From IMG/VR virus record IMGVR_UViG_3300032212_000110, positions 1-31,605 of that record: 31,605 nt of DNA; one strand, written 5' to 3'. Below the pieces are notes generated by a model that saw only the letters and a program-made list of their open reading frames with translations, had not been told where the DNA came from and made no database searches. Position numbers and translations under genes: made by a program. Positions 1 through 9,211 of the stretch are shown one piece after another (the first letter of the stretch is position 1; each line of letters starts with the position of its first letter). This DNA is from a virus. Taxonomy: Duplodnaviria > Caudoviricetes.

Positions 1-127
1 AGCCGCCCCACCGCGGGGCGGTTTCGCTAGGTGATAATATTAAAAAAATATTATTTTTTACTTTCTTGCTTGCCTTCTTTCTTGCTTTCTTTCTTTGGCT
101 TAATTTTATCTTGCAGTTCTTTCATGT
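1..127. repeat. Terminal direct repeat (copy 1), 127 bp, identical to 31479-31605
   Basis: The first 127 nt (agccgccccacc...ttctttcatgt) recur exactly at the window end. 127 is a common assembler k-mer, and gene order is continuous across the junction. Confidence 0.95.
2..23 (-). terminator. Rho-independent terminator-like hairpin between the post-capsid gene and the head-closure gene (also at ~31472-31502)
   Basis: The minus strand reads AAACCGCCCC-GCGGT-GGGGCGGC followed by TTTGTTTT; the U-tract is visible in the end copy. Confidence 0.65.
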
Positions 128-356
128 CGTCCATGTTCTTTTTGGTGCAAAGCTCGGCTTTCTTAATATCGATCAGCGTCTTTGCGTCTTTGATACTAAT
201 ATCACCATCTTGCGTGTGCTCGTCGGTGTCAATTTTCAGCATGTCGCCGGGTGCTGCCGTGGCGCGCTGGCCTTTCGTGCCTTTTTGTATGCGCTGGTGT
301 TGCGTTGCGCGTGTCACTAGCACGTGAGTAATTAATTTAATGCCTTTATGTTCCAT
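51..356 (-). CDS. Small Lys-rich protein directly after the major capsid gene (possible head accessory or packaging factor)
   Basis: The ORF track gives 51..389, but ATG at 356 is preceded by an AGGA-type RBS. Function is inferred from position only. Confidence 0.6.
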   Translation of the reverse strand: MEHKGIKLITHVLVTRATQHQRIQKGTKGQRATAAPGDMLKIDTDEHTQDGDISIKDAKTLIDIKKAELCTKKNMDDMKELQDKIKPKKESKKEGKQESKK

Positions 357-401
357 TGTTCCTATTCCTTCCCAGCATATAGCTGGCATTTATGACAAAT
401 T

Positions 402-431
402 AAAAAGAAACGGCGGGCAAAATGCCCGCCG
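402..431 (-). terminator. Rho-independent terminator after the major capsid gene
   Basis: Perfect 9-bp stem CGGCGGGCA/TGCCCGCCG (411-419/423-431) followed by TTTCTTTTT on the minus strand. Confidence 0.85.
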
Positions 432-491
432 CCCAATGCGGTGGAATAACCACCGATCAATACAGCCTTATTTTTATGACCTGCTAACGGC

Positions 492-2447
492 TTACGCTGT
501 TAGTAAATCTTGTGTGGCTGCAAAACTTTCGACGTGGCGTAAACCCACATCAACATCTTGGAACACACGGATCACGGTGCCGCCTGAATCGCCAAGCGTG
601 GTTTCATCGACTTTAATATCAACGCCGCCCCACATGCCGATAATAAGATCCGCAAAGTTACCGAAAATGGCCGCCGAACAAATTGCGCCACTGGTGCCTT
701 TAACCAAGTTACTTGGTACGTTCTGGCTAGTGAAAGCAGGGAAACCATTAACTTCACCATCTTCCATAATGAATCGGGCGGTGTTAGCAGCTTTTTCGGT
801 GGTTTTCATCTTGCCGCGTGCTTGCGCCGTGGTTAGATAAGCTAAATTGCCCATGTCGGCATTGTCTACCGCTACTTCGGTTTCTAGCCCAACAACATTT
901 GGCCACGTTGGTGCCAAGCCGTTTGTTCCGCCCGGAACATCACCAATGCCGGTGGCGTTCAAGATACCCAAAGGCTGGCCACTTGCGCCGCTGCCGTTAA
1001 TGGCTGCAGCATCAATGCCCACACCAATGCCCGCGATCATGTCGCCACGCAATAACGCTTCAATACCCGGCGCGCTTTGCATCATCAAGCGGCGAGATAC
1101 GTCCATACGGCCACTGATTGTTTTGGGCGTCAATAATACTTGGCCAAAAGTTGCATCACTTTCAGTCGTGCCGCCTGCTTCATCAACCCAATAGAAAGCG
1201 GTTCCGCCTGTTTGCGTTGGTATGTCAACATTACCAACAAGACCCGGCAAAACTAACGCGCCAAGGTTCGCTACCATGCTGCGGTTGCGTAGCAATTCAA
1301 CAAACATGCTTGCCATGTGTTCCGTGCCAACCAAATGGCCGCCCGCCGAATCGGTGCCAACCGATAGATCACGCTGCGCCATGCCTTCAAACATGCCGCG
1401 TGCCATTACATCAAGTGGCACGATCATGCCGCGTGCATCTTTGCCGGTGCGGGCCGCAATTTCATCGGACAATTCACGAGCAAAACCGATCTTGCTGTGA
1501 TCGCCTGATTTCAGACCGCGCACAACGTCCATAACAGAATATTGTTCAAGTTCACGATCATTCAGACCAAGCGCCGCTGGTGGTGCATCTTGCGCCAATG
1601 GCTTGGCTTTTAGTACGCGTTCTAGTACAAGTTCACGGAATTGATCCGCGCTCTTACCATCACGCACGTATTCAGCCGCCACGCTTGCAATATCTTCATC
1701 ACGTTCGCCAACTTGGCCAGCCATTGCGTTAATTTCACGGATTCGCACCGTTTCGCCTTCGCTTGCTTTGCGTACTGCTTCGGCTGTCGCGTTTTGCAGT
1801 GTTAACGCATCGGCTTTGCGTTTTTCTTCTTTTTGTTCTGGTGTTAAATCATCCATAGGGGTAATACCTCTTGTTTTTTGTTGTTCAAAAATGGTGGTTT
1901 CAAATTCGAGATCGTCGCCAGTACGGCCAACGCCAACCGAATGATCGGCGGGTATTGATAAAATACTGATCTCGTATGGTTCCCAATCAAAAACCCGGTA
2001 AATGTCCGGGCCTGATTCGTTTACTGTTTCAAGCATTTTCTTATAAATCCGATAGCCAACCGAAACATGCGATCGAATACCGTCTACAATGTCCTGCAAT
2101 ATTTCGCTGGCGCGCGCACTGTTTCCAAACCTTACGATCGCCCTTCCAATTCCCGCTTGGCTGTCGATTTGTACAGACTCAATCACACCCACGTGATCAC
2201 TGCTGTTATGGTCAACCAATAGCGGCGCTTTATCGGTAAGCCTTCCAAGGCGTACCGATTCTTGCCCGTGATCCAATATTTCCACACCATCCCAGCGTTC
2301 AACCTGATCGGTTTCGCTAGAAAAAGCCAACTCAACGGTGCGGTTTTCTTGGTCAATGGATCCGCGCTCAAAGATTGCGGATCGACTTATTAAACCTGTT
2401 TTTATTTTTCGCGCTTCCATACCTTTTGTGTTTATTTTATTTTTCAT
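492..2447 (-). CDS. Fused prohead protease (HK97-type) - scaffold - major capsid protein
   Basis: N-terminal protease motifs (RTVELAFSSE, LLVDHN, VSVGY, WEPYEISILSIPAD), a helical linker, then HK97-fold capsid motifs (GGHLVGTE, LTPKTISG, FGNFADLIIGMWGG, DVGLRH). Confidence 0.95.
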   Translation of the reverse strand: MKNKINTKGMEARKIKTGLISRSAIFERGSIDQENRTVELAFSSETDQVERWDGVEILDHGQESVRLGRLTDKAPLLVDHNSSDHVGVIESVQIDSQAGIGRAIVRFGNSARASEILQDIVDGIRSHVSVGYRIYKKMLETVNESGPDIYRVFDWEPYEISILSIPADHSVGVGRTGDDLEFETTIFEQQKTRGITPMDDLTPEQKEEKRKADALTLQNATAEAVRKASEGETVRIREINAMAGQVGERDEDIASVAAEYVRDGKSADQFRELVLERVLKAKPLAQDAPPAALGLNDRELEQYSVMDVVRGLKSGDHSKIGFARELSDEIAARTGKDARGMIVPLDVMARGMFEGMAQRDLSVGTDSAGGHLVGTEHMASMFVELLRNRSMVANLGALVLPGLVGNVDIPTQTGGTAFYWVDEAGGTTESDATFGQVLLTPKTISGRMDVSRRLMMQSAPGIEALLRGDMIAGIGVGIDAAAINGSGASGQPLGILNATGIGDVPGGTNGLAPTWPNVVGLETEVAVDNADMGNLAYLTTAQARGKMKTTEKAANTARFIMEDGEVNGFPAFTSQNVPSNLVKGTSGAICSAAIFGNFADLIIGMWGGVDIKVDETTLGDSGGTVIRVFQDVDVGLRHVESFAATQDLLTA

Positions 2448-3954
2448 CGTTGGTGGCCTCTTTCGTGCTTTCGCTCATAATTGCGCCCAAATCTTCGGCG
2501 CTGCCTAAAGTTATTCCTTTGCTTTTTATTAGTTCTTGTTCTTCCGCCATTTCTTCCCAAACGTCATAAGGATCAAAACCAAGTTCACGGATCACTTGGC
2601 TGCGCGTTTTTATGCCCGACTCAATGGCCGCGATCTCTGCTTTAATATCCTTAACCGGATCAAACCACTTCCAGCGGCGTGGCTGCCACGTGGCGGCGTT
2701 CAATTTATTAAACTGGCTAAAGTTAATCTCTAGCTGACCACTCAAAAGTGCCATTTCAAGCCATGCCGAAAATATTTGATCGTGAAAGCTTGACGCCATC
2801 CACGTTTGCAGCATTTTCCAGTTTTCGCGTTCTTCCATTACACCTAAACGACCACCGGCATAACTCAAGCCATCAAGATCGTTGGCTAAGTTGCTGTAAG
2901 CCATGCCCGCACCTGCAGCAATGCCGCGCAATGCCGCGCGGGTAAAGTCGTTAAATTGTTCGTGCGGGTATTTTGGATCCCATGTCTCTAGCTTGTAACC
3001 ATTCGGCAAATTATCAAATTCACCGGGTGTGGCTTCCATGATCTGTGGCGCTTCGCTGTCCTCTGGATCTTCGTTCTCGTCCGCCTCGTAATCATCGCCG
3101 GGGCCACTAAAGAAACCCATTTTTGCCGCACCAACTCTGGCCGCAACGATCGCCGCTTCCACGTAACCGCCTAAATGATTAAGGCCAACCATTGACGCAT
3201 GAAGCCACGGCACCCCTGTGGCGGCACCTGTCCGCCAAGGCATAAAGCCGTGTATGATTTCGCTACCGGGGATCCGCTGGTAAGCCTTGCCACCCTGAAA
3301 CCTTGCGCCGGGTGTGTTCTTGCTGCAGCCTATCCAGAAAGCCGCCACCCGATCCCATTCGCCAAACTCAACGCCCATCGAAACATAGTTTTTATCGTCA
3401 ATCTGAAAACAAAGATCATGATCAAGGCGATCAATATCGATCATTTCTATGGCAAATCTAAAACTATTATCAAAGCCCGGTAATTTACGCACCAAGATCC
3501 CGCCATCACGCGCCACGGCTTCTAGGTACATGGTTTCTAATTCGTGGAATGTATAGCGCCCGCTAGCATCACACTGGCCGCGCTTACCCCAACGGCGCCA
3601 AGCATCTTCCACTAGCCGGTTGTATGTTTTGGCTGGCTTGCCTTCCGGTGTTTTACTGCGGTTTTGTAATATAAAGCCATCAGGCCCAACTACGTTGGTT
3701 TTGCACTTGGTGAAAAAGTTTTTTGCATATTCGTTATTGTTGGCTAGATCACGTGATCGCGCTCTCAATGCTGGCAAATGAAATTTTATTTCTTCATTGG
3801 CTGACATAACACGGGTAAACCAACTAGCTGTTAGCCGGTTGACTCTGGCCGCCGCAAAATCCCGCTTGCTTGTTCTCTTGTTGGCGCCGCGCTTACTGCT
3901 TTGGCTGGCGCCGCCCATTAAGTGCAACACACCGCGTTTAATTAAACTTTGCAT
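2437..3954 (-). CDS. Portal protein, lambda gpB family
   Basis: Motifs LRARSRDLANNN, GVEFGEWDR, GVPWLH, W.PRRWKWFDPVKD and KTRSQVIRELG.D; 505 aa; lies between the gpW-like gene and the capsid gene. Confidence 0.95.
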   Translation of the reverse strand: MQSLIKRGVLHLMGGASQSSKRGANKRTSKRDFAAARVNRLTASWFTRVMSANEEIKFHLPALRARSRDLANNNEYAKNFFTKCKTNVVGPDGFILQNRSKTPEGKPAKTYNRLVEDAWRRWGKRGQCDASGRYTFHELETMYLEAVARDGGILVRKLPGFDNSFRFAIEMIDIDRLDHDLCFQIDDKNYVSMGVEFGEWDRVAAFWIGCSKNTPGARFQGGKAYQRIPGSEIIHGFMPWRTGAATGVPWLHASMVGLNHLGGYVEAAIVAARVGAAKMGFFSGPGDDYEADENEDPEDSEAPQIMEATPGEFDNLPNGYKLETWDPKYPHEQFNDFTRAALRGIAAGAGMAYSNLANDLDGLSYAGGRLGVMEERENWKMLQTWMASSFHDQIFSAWLEMALLSGQLEINFSQFNKLNAATWQPRRWKWFDPVKDIKAEIAAIESGIKTRSQVIRELGFDPYDVWEEMAEEQELIKSKGITLGSAEDLGAIMSESTKEATNDEK

Positions 3955-4514
3955 TAAAATTGCACCCCAAGCTTTCCACGGTGGCCTTTGCCGTTTTTGT
4001 TTCTAGTCTTGCGGTTCTCCATAGCCACTAACCCCATGTAAAACCGTTTGGCTTCGATCAGTTCGCCCCATGAATACCGGGAAAGGCTGCGGCCTTCGAT
4101 TGCATAATTAGATTGATCTTTGGTTGCCTTGCCTTCCAGCATTGCGTTAATAGCCGCTAATGTTTTACGTGCATGGCTGCGATCGTCTTTTGTTGCTGCT
4201 TGTGCAAAGTCCGCCAACACCGTGGCCGCGCCGCTGTCGATCAAGTAACGATCATCGTCCTTGGCTGCAGTTGCCTGCCAATCGTAACGACCCGCCGACC
4301 ATGCCGCCGTGACGGTCGCCGCCGCGTTTACAAGATGATCGTCACCGTCTGCCGTTGTGGTAATCGTGATCTTGCCATCTGCGTTAATAAACACATAAGA
4401 CAACACCCACCCGGCACTGGCCGGAAAATCACCAAGCGATCGTTTCCACTTTACCGTGGCGCCAGCTTGGATCTGTTCTGGTTCTGCTTCCGGTATTTCG
4501 TTTGGATCTATCAT
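3954..4514 (-). CDS. Head-tail joining protein, gpW-like C-terminus with an extra N-terminal domain
   Basis: C-terminal LAAINAMLEG..QSNYAIEGRSLSRY...EL motif resembles gpW-like adaptors; position between terL and portal. Confidence 0.75.
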   Translation of the reverse strand: MIDPNEIPEAEPEQIQAGATVKWKRSLGDFPASAGWVLSYVFINADGKITITTTADGDDHLVNAAATVTAAWSAGRYDWQATAAKDDDRYLIDSGAATVLADFAQAATKDDRSHARKTLAAINAMLEGKATKDQSNYAIEGRSLSRYSWGELIEAKRFYMGLVAMENRKTRNKNGKGHRGKLGVQF

Positions 4515-4521
4515 TCAGGGA

Positions 4522-6432
4522 TCACCAATTTTTTACCCACCCGCTACGCTTGCGCCCGGTGCGTTTCTTTTTTGTTTTTTTCTTTTCGGTATTTTCGGCG
4601 TCTGTAGATCCTGGTGCTTCTTCCGCCGCCGCGTTTTGTACTGGGTTTTCTTTTGCTTCTATTGCTCTTGCTTCAATGCCGCGCGCTAACTTATGCAACG
4701 AACGGCTAACGAGTTCGTAAACTGCACGAACATAAACGCGTATGTCCAAAGCTTCATTTCTACGGCCAGCCGACTTCAAAACCCACGCCATTGTTGCGCG
4801 TCCGCGCGTGTATTTCGTGATCAGTTTTTCCGCCGTCAACTGATCAAAAAAATCACCGTCATAATGATCAGGGAAATGACAATAACCCGGCCCCGGCTCC
4901 GCGATCTTTAAGTTGCTGTTTACAAGTTCCTTGCCTGTATCAACGCCGACCGAAAACAGCCGCACGCGCTTGGCGTTGTTTCTGCTGGGCTTATTAATTA
5001 ACGGCTTACCAAAACCGCCTACACCCTTTAAAGCAAAAACGCGGCGCTTCCATCTGCTTTTGCAAAAATCATAAACCTGTTGTGTGAAGTGGCCGCCGGT
5101 ATCAATGCCCGTGGCATAAATTCGCACCGCCGCGCCCGTTTCATGTTGGAAACTTTGCAATAAATAATCATCAAGCTGATCCCATAAATCAATATTACCG
5201 GGATCACCATGTAACACCGTGTAATCAATGCCCCATGTTTCTTTATGCTTACCAAAGGCCACGGTTTCAATTTCTAGCCGATCGTCTTGAACGTCGACGC
5301 CCGCGATCAGCATCACTGCACCATCAGGCACGGGGGCCGCGTAAACTTCACGGCGATCGCTTAATGCGCCATCATCCATGCCCCCGCCTTTTTCTTCCCA
5401 CGTTTGTGCGAGCGCGGTATTAACCCACGTTTTTAAAAGCTCGGGGTGATCTTTAACTTCCAAAAAGCCTTGGGCCAATTCTGCAAAACTTGACCACGGG
5501 CTGTAAATTTCGCAAATATGAAAACCGGCGATCAGGCTTCCCGGTTTTTCTGCGCGCCATTCACCGGCGGCCACCATTGCGTTTTTGTCTTTTTCTTCAA
5601 TAACACAACCGTTATGGCGGCATGTATAAAAAGCATCTGCGGGCCGACCTTCTGGCCACTTTAAATATTCAAATTCTAGGATCTGGTGTTCGCCACAATG
5701 CGGGCATGGCACGTGCCACCGCTGCATGTTGCTTATGTTGTATTCCCGTTCCACTGGCGAAAGATCCTTAATCGTTGGCGTGCTAACTCGGATCCTTTTT
5801 CTATTCCAAAACGTCTGTGTTCGTTTATCTGCCAGCTTTATGGGATCACCTTCCGCGCCTGCGCTTGGCGGAAAGCGATCTATTTCGTCCTGAATAACCA
5901 CACGCACCGGGCGGCTAGCCAAACTCGCCGGGCTGTTTGCCCCTGCGATCGTGATATGTCCACCCGGAAAGGTTTTATGCAATAACGTGTTGCCACTGTC
6001 TCTGGCTTTTGCATCTTTCACTTTTCCGTGAAGTGCTGGCGTATCTCTCAACATCGGCGCCAGCCGGTCTTTACTCCACGCGTGGCCTATTTCCAGTGTT
6101 GGCATAACGGCCAGCATAGGGCTGGGATCTTGATCTATGTAATACCCGATCACGTTGTTTAACACTTCCGTGCCACCAACCTGCGCGGATTTCATAAATA
6201 CAACCGTCTGAACCTGTGGATCGCTTACCGCATCCATGATCCCGCGTAGCGGCTCAAATCTTGCGGTATTCCATTGGCCAGTTTCCGCGCTACTTTCTGC
6301 GCTTAACTTTCTTTTTTTGTCGGCCCACTGGCTTATCGTTAGTTTTGGCGGTGGCCTGAACCTCTGCAGTGTTTCCGCTAACTTCGCATAAAGCTGCTGG
6401 GTTGATTGTTCCAAGTTCTTCGAGTGCATCAC
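4522..6432 (-). CDS. terL: Terminase large subunit, lambda gpA family
   Basis: Walker A-like KSAQVGGTE, Walker B VIQDEID, STPT, CPHCG zinc motif, and nuclease motifs GVDVQ and NEALD. The exact start codon is uncertain. Confidence 0.97.
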   Translation of the reverse strand: MMHSKNLEQSTQQLYAKLAETLQRFRPPPKLTISQWADKKRKLSAESSAETGQWNTARFEPLRGIMDAVSDPQVQTVVFMKSAQVGGTEVLNNVIGYYIDQDPSPMLAVMPTLEIGHAWSKDRLAPMLRDTPALHGKVKDAKARDSGNTLLHKTFPGGHITIAGANSPASLASRPVRVVIQDEIDRFPPSAGAEGDPIKLADKRTQTFWNRKRIRVSTPTIKDLSPVEREYNISNMQRWHVPCPHCGEHQILEFEYLKWPEGRPADAFYTCRHNGCVIEEKDKNAMVAAGEWRAEKPGSLIAGFHICEIYSPWSSFAELAQGFLEVKDHPELLKTWVNTALAQTWEEKGGGMDDGALSDRREVYAAPVPDGAVMLIAGVDVQDDRLEIETVAFGKHKETWGIDYTVLHGDPGNIDLWDQLDDYLLQSFQHETGAAVRIYATGIDTGGHFTQQVYDFCKSRWKRRVFALKGVGGFGKPLINKPSRNNAKRVRLFSVGVDTGKELVNSNLKIAEPGPGYCHFPDHYDGDFFDQLTAEKLITKYTRGRATMAWVLKSAGRRNEALDIRVYVRAVYELVSRSLHKLARGIEARAIEAKENPVQNAAAEEAPGSTDAENTEKKKTKKKRTGRKRSGWVKNW

Positions 6433-6859
6433 GGATCAGTGTGTCCAGTTCGCCTTCGGCTTGTGGCATGGTTTTAAGCCCAACCAATGACCGGGCGCCC
6501 TTTTTCGGTATAGCCAAAATCCTCTGGCGTATAGCCAGTATTGTTTTTTCTAAAACCAACATAGCCGGGGCGACCTCAATCGTTTCGCCACGCGCCAGAT
6601 CGTTTTCCATTTCTGCCTTGTCGGCCCGCTCTTTTGCCAGCCTTGCTTGTTGTTCAAACAAATCCAGCTTGGCATCTGTGCCGCCCGTTTCTGACGCCTT
6701 GTTTATACGATTTTTTATCACTTCGCGTATGTCGTAAAAAACCGCGCGCCCCTTTTTTTCTAGGGATTCTATGCGCCACTGGCTAAACGCTTGCACGCTT
6801 ACACCCATGATCGCGGCGGTGTCTTTTGTGTTGAATTTAAAGCGGTCCAAATCTGTCAT
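6290..6859 (-). CDS. terS: Terminase small subunit, Nu1-like
   Basis: N-terminal winged HTH (AAIMGVSVQAFSQW...FYD) and coiled segment QARLAKERADKAEMEN..ARGE; overlaps the terL 5' end. Confidence 0.9.
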   Translation of the reverse strand: MTDLDRFKFNTKDTAAIMGVSVQAFSQWRIESLEKKGRAVFYDIREVIKNRINKASETGGTDAKLDLFEQQARLAKERADKAEMENDLARGETIEVAPAMLVLEKTILAIRQRILAIPKKGARSLVGLKTMPQAEGELDTLIRDALEELGTINPAALCEVSGNTAEVQATAKTNDKPVGRQKKKVKRRK

Positions 6860-6903
6860 TAAAACAACAACCTATAGCGGTGCCCGTGACTAAAAAAATA
6901 ATG

Positions 6904-6945
6904 TGCTTCGAATTACCCGCAAACGAGCAAGGCCCGGGAGTACCT
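6904..6945 (-). promoter_or_regulatory. Putative cos site (cosQ-like AGGTACT and cosN-like TGC-GGGTAATTCGAA-GCA)
   Basis: Lies just upstream of terS. A 12-nt core starting GGG is flanked by symmetric TGC/GCA, 20 nt after a heptamer resembling lambda cosQ (GGGTCCT). Confidence 0.6.
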
Positions 6946-6956
6946 TTTTTATTTTT

Positions 6957-7631
6957 TTATTTCGACGTAGCCAAGGCATGTTTTATATTCTCATTAAAAA
7001 GTTTACTGAAATTTCTTTTTGATACTGACAAGATAACCTTGTTAAACGGGAATCTTTTTCTATAATTTGGGGCGCTACCTTCAATCAAGAAAGGCACAAC
7101 CGATCGCTTGCTCTGCCTTTCCATGATTATTACCCGCCCCCCTTTCCTTATAACAAAATACTTTTTCTTTGTGTTTTTTGTATTCTGTGCCGGATCGCGC
7201 TGGTAGCCTGTATCTGATAACGCTTTAGCTATTCGGCCCGGTGTTAAGTTTCCGTATTTATTTAGCTTGGCACTTTTGCCGGGGTAAAGATAAGCACCAA
7301 ATCGTTGTTCCACCCGCTTCATGCGGCGGGTACCCCCGTAAACGTGGGGGCTGGTCATTGTCCTGCCCGGTATGCCCTTAGCTGCAAAATCATCAAGCCC
7401 CACCTTAGCGGCAAGAATCCTCTTGCTTGCTTTTTGGTATCTAACCGATCTTAAAACCCACGGCGTTGGTTTATTAAAAACCTGCTTCATGGTTTTAACT
7501 GTCTTTTCCCTAGCCTTAAATGCTATTTGGTTAAGCGTTAACGCTGTGGCAAAAGGGATCTGATCGCGGGCCAGTGAATCAAATGACTTCGTAATATTCT
7601 TTATTTCCGACTTTAAAGATAGATCAATCAT
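6957..7631 (-). CDS. Basic phage protein, probable tail-completion/neck protein (gpZ or HK97 gp10-like)
   Basis: QIPFATALTLN..A and F..PTPW motifs, very Lys/Arg-rich; no other gpZ-like gene is present in the tail module. Confidence 0.55.
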   Translation of the reverse strand: MIDLSLKSEIKNITKSFDSLARDQIPFATALTLNQIAFKAREKTVKTMKQVFNKPTPWVLRSVRYQKASKRILAAKVGLDDFAAKGIPGRTMTSPHVYGGTRRMKRVEQRFGAYLYPGKSAKLNKYGNLTPGRIAKALSDTGYQRDPAQNTKNTKKKYFVIRKGGRVIIMERQSKRSVVPFLIEGSAPNYRKRFPFNKVILSVSKRNFSKLFNENIKHALATSK

Positions 7632-7721
7632 CTTGGCGGCCCATTGTGTTGGCTTTCCAACGGCTGCGCCTATTGAAGCGGGGCCGGTTTTGTTGTTTTA
7701 TATAAGCCTTGCATACAGCAA

Positions 7722-8072
7722 ATGGAGAAGATCATTAAAAAGTTAATTCTGCTAGCCGTTCTATTTAGCCAATCAGCACTGGCCGCCGACTGCTTGACCG
7801 TCGATCGCGTTGCTGGGCGGCTTACTTCATCCGGTGAAATAGCCGTTATATTTTCTTGGCTTGCTACTGTGTCCAATTCTTGTGGCCATGAGCAAGGTGC
7901 GGCCATATATGCTGACGCTTTAGACCCTGCCGGGTTCTCGCTTGGTTTTGATATTGATACCGGCAAGGTGCCCGCCTATGGTTCTAGTGACTTTCGCGGC
8001 ATCATTAGTGTTTCACCCGAACACAAGGATCAGGTGTCCAGCTTCACCGCCAAGGCAAACGCAAGGCAATAA
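7722..8072 (+). CDS. Secreted/periplasmic beta-rich protein (moron), opposite to the late operon
   Basis: Signal peptide MEKIIKKLILLAVLFSQSALA with an A-L-A cleavage motif; two Cys in the mature part; followed by a hairpin. Confidence 0.75.
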   Translation: MEKIIKKLILLAVLFSQSALAADCLTVDRVAGRLTSSGEIAVIFSWLATVSNSCGHEQGAAIYADALDPAGFSLGFDIDTGKVPAYGSSDFRGIISVSPEHKDQVSSFTAKANARQ

Positions 8073-8095
8073 AAAACCGGCTGGTGGGCCGGTTT
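8071..8095. terminator. Bidirectional terminator; tR'-like on the minus strand
   Basis: AAACCGGC-TGGTGG-GCCGGTTT stem with a 6-T tract on the minus strand. Confidence 0.8.
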
Positions 8096-8123
8096 AGTGG
8101 GTAGTTCTGCAAATTACACCAAA

Positions 8124-8152
8124 ATAGTAATTATAAGGGCGCCCCGTGTCAA
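8124..8152 (-). promoter_or_regulatory. Strong sigma70 promoter, pR'-like late promoter
   Basis: TTGACA (8152-8147), 17-nt spacer, TACTAT (8129-8124); about 30 nt upstream of a terminator; a Q-like gene is present. Confidence 0.8.
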
Positions 8153-8155
8153 CAC

Positions 8156-8611
8156 TTAATCTAAACACCAAAACACCGCCCGCCTGTCCTTGGTATATGG
8201 CTGGGCGTGGCCGTGCTGTAATAACAAATCATTAAGGCTTTGGCCATCCAGTAACACACGCCCCAAATAGCTGGGTAATTTGTCGCCTGCTTCGTCTTTA
8301 GCCCTGCTCGCATAGGTGCCAAGGCGCAACCCACTAACCTGCACGCGCTGGGCTTTGGTTATCTTTTCAAGCGTAAAGGCGGCGGCTTCGCCTGCTTTTA
8401 CCTTTTCACATGCTGGCACCTTGCGCCGTGACGTGCCGCGCTTCTCGGGTGTGTCAATCTGATCCAACCTTACCGTGGCACTAACTTGCTGGCCCGGTAG
8501 TGTATAAATATTAAATAAGACAGTATCACCATCAATAACCCGCAATAAATCGGCATCATAATGCGCCAAACATAAAGAAGGCATAAACATTAATAGTATT
8601 ATTTTAATCAC
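8156..8611 (-). CDS. Thermonuclease (SNase-like) family protein with a probable signal peptide
   Basis: RVIDGDT, VRLDQIDTPE and LNDLLLQHGHA motifs; hydrophobic N-terminus IILLMFMPSLCLA. Confidence 0.9.
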   Translation of the reverse strand: MIKIILLMFMPSLCLAHYDADLLRVIDGDTVLFNIYTLPGQQVSATVRLDQIDTPEKRGTSRRKVPACEKVKAGEAAAFTLEKITKAQRVQVSGLRLGTYASRAKDEAGDKLPSYLGRVLLDGQSLNDLLLQHGHAQPYTKDRRAVFWCLD

Positions 8612-8739
8612 CCCTTACCCCTTTGCGCTTCCCGCTCTTGCCTTGCAAAATCATAAAAGAAAAACGATCGCAACGGCCTACCGGATTGATCGGCACACCA
8701 CGCAAGCCACCTAAAATATTTATATACATGCTCATTCAT
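8608..8739 (-). CDS. Small hypothetical protein (43 aa, MNEHVYKYFRWLAWC...), not in the ORF track
   Basis: AAGGGG RBS before the ATG; its TGA overlaps the GTG start of the nuclease gene. Confidence 0.6.
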   Translation of the reverse strand: MNEHVYKYFRWLAWCADQSGRPLRSFFFYDFARQEREAQRGKG

Positions 8740-8751
8740 TAAAGCGCCCCT

Positions 8752-9195
8752 TTATTGGTTTACTTTTACAGGCAACAAGCTTGGCTTGCCGTTGGTGTAA
8801 ATTGGTATCAATACCGCGTCAAATTCCTGCGCGGCAATATTCCACCGGGCACGAACTGAACCGGCACCGGGTACTTTAATCGGGAAATTAATATATTTAC
8901 CTTGCACGCCATTAACGGCCAAGGCGTTATTTAATAACCGCTCTTTGTTTTCATTGAACACCGCCAGTGCTTTTACTTTCTTCTCATTTAAATCCATTCT
9001 TTTGCTATCCTCTTGTTCTTGCCACGTTTGCATTTCTTCATGCGCCACTATTTCTGGATCCACGTCTAGGTATTCAATATCAGAAAGCCATGCACATGCT
9101 AGGTGCCAAAAGCGGCGTGGCTCAAATCGATCGGCTATCAATGACAGATGAAATATAAATCTAATCTGCCAAGCCAATGTTTTTATGCGGATCAT
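8752..9195 (-). CDS. Hypothetical protein (RWNI-motif)
   Basis: The ORF track gives 8752..9291, but ATG at 9195 has a GAGG/AGGA RBS. There is a possible second in-frame start at 8997. Confidence 0.7.
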   Translation of the reverse strand: MIRIKTLAWQIRFIFHLSLIADRFEPRRFWHLACAWLSDIEYLDVDPEIVAHEEMQTWQEQEDSKRMDLNEKKVKALAVFNENKERLLNNALAVNGVQGKYINFPIKVPGAGSVRARWNIAAQEFDAVLIPIYTNGKPSLLPVKVNQ

Positions 9196-9211
9196 AGTCC
9201 TACCTCGTTTA

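Noticed and set aside
31-2239. Several plus-strand ORFs, including hydrophobic 31..327
   Set aside because: They are antisense to the capsid and Lys-rich genes; the hydrophobicity simply mirrors A-rich codons.
7670-7966. 98-aa minus-strand ORF
   Set aside because: It overlaps the plus-strand gene, which has a convincing signal peptide and terminator.
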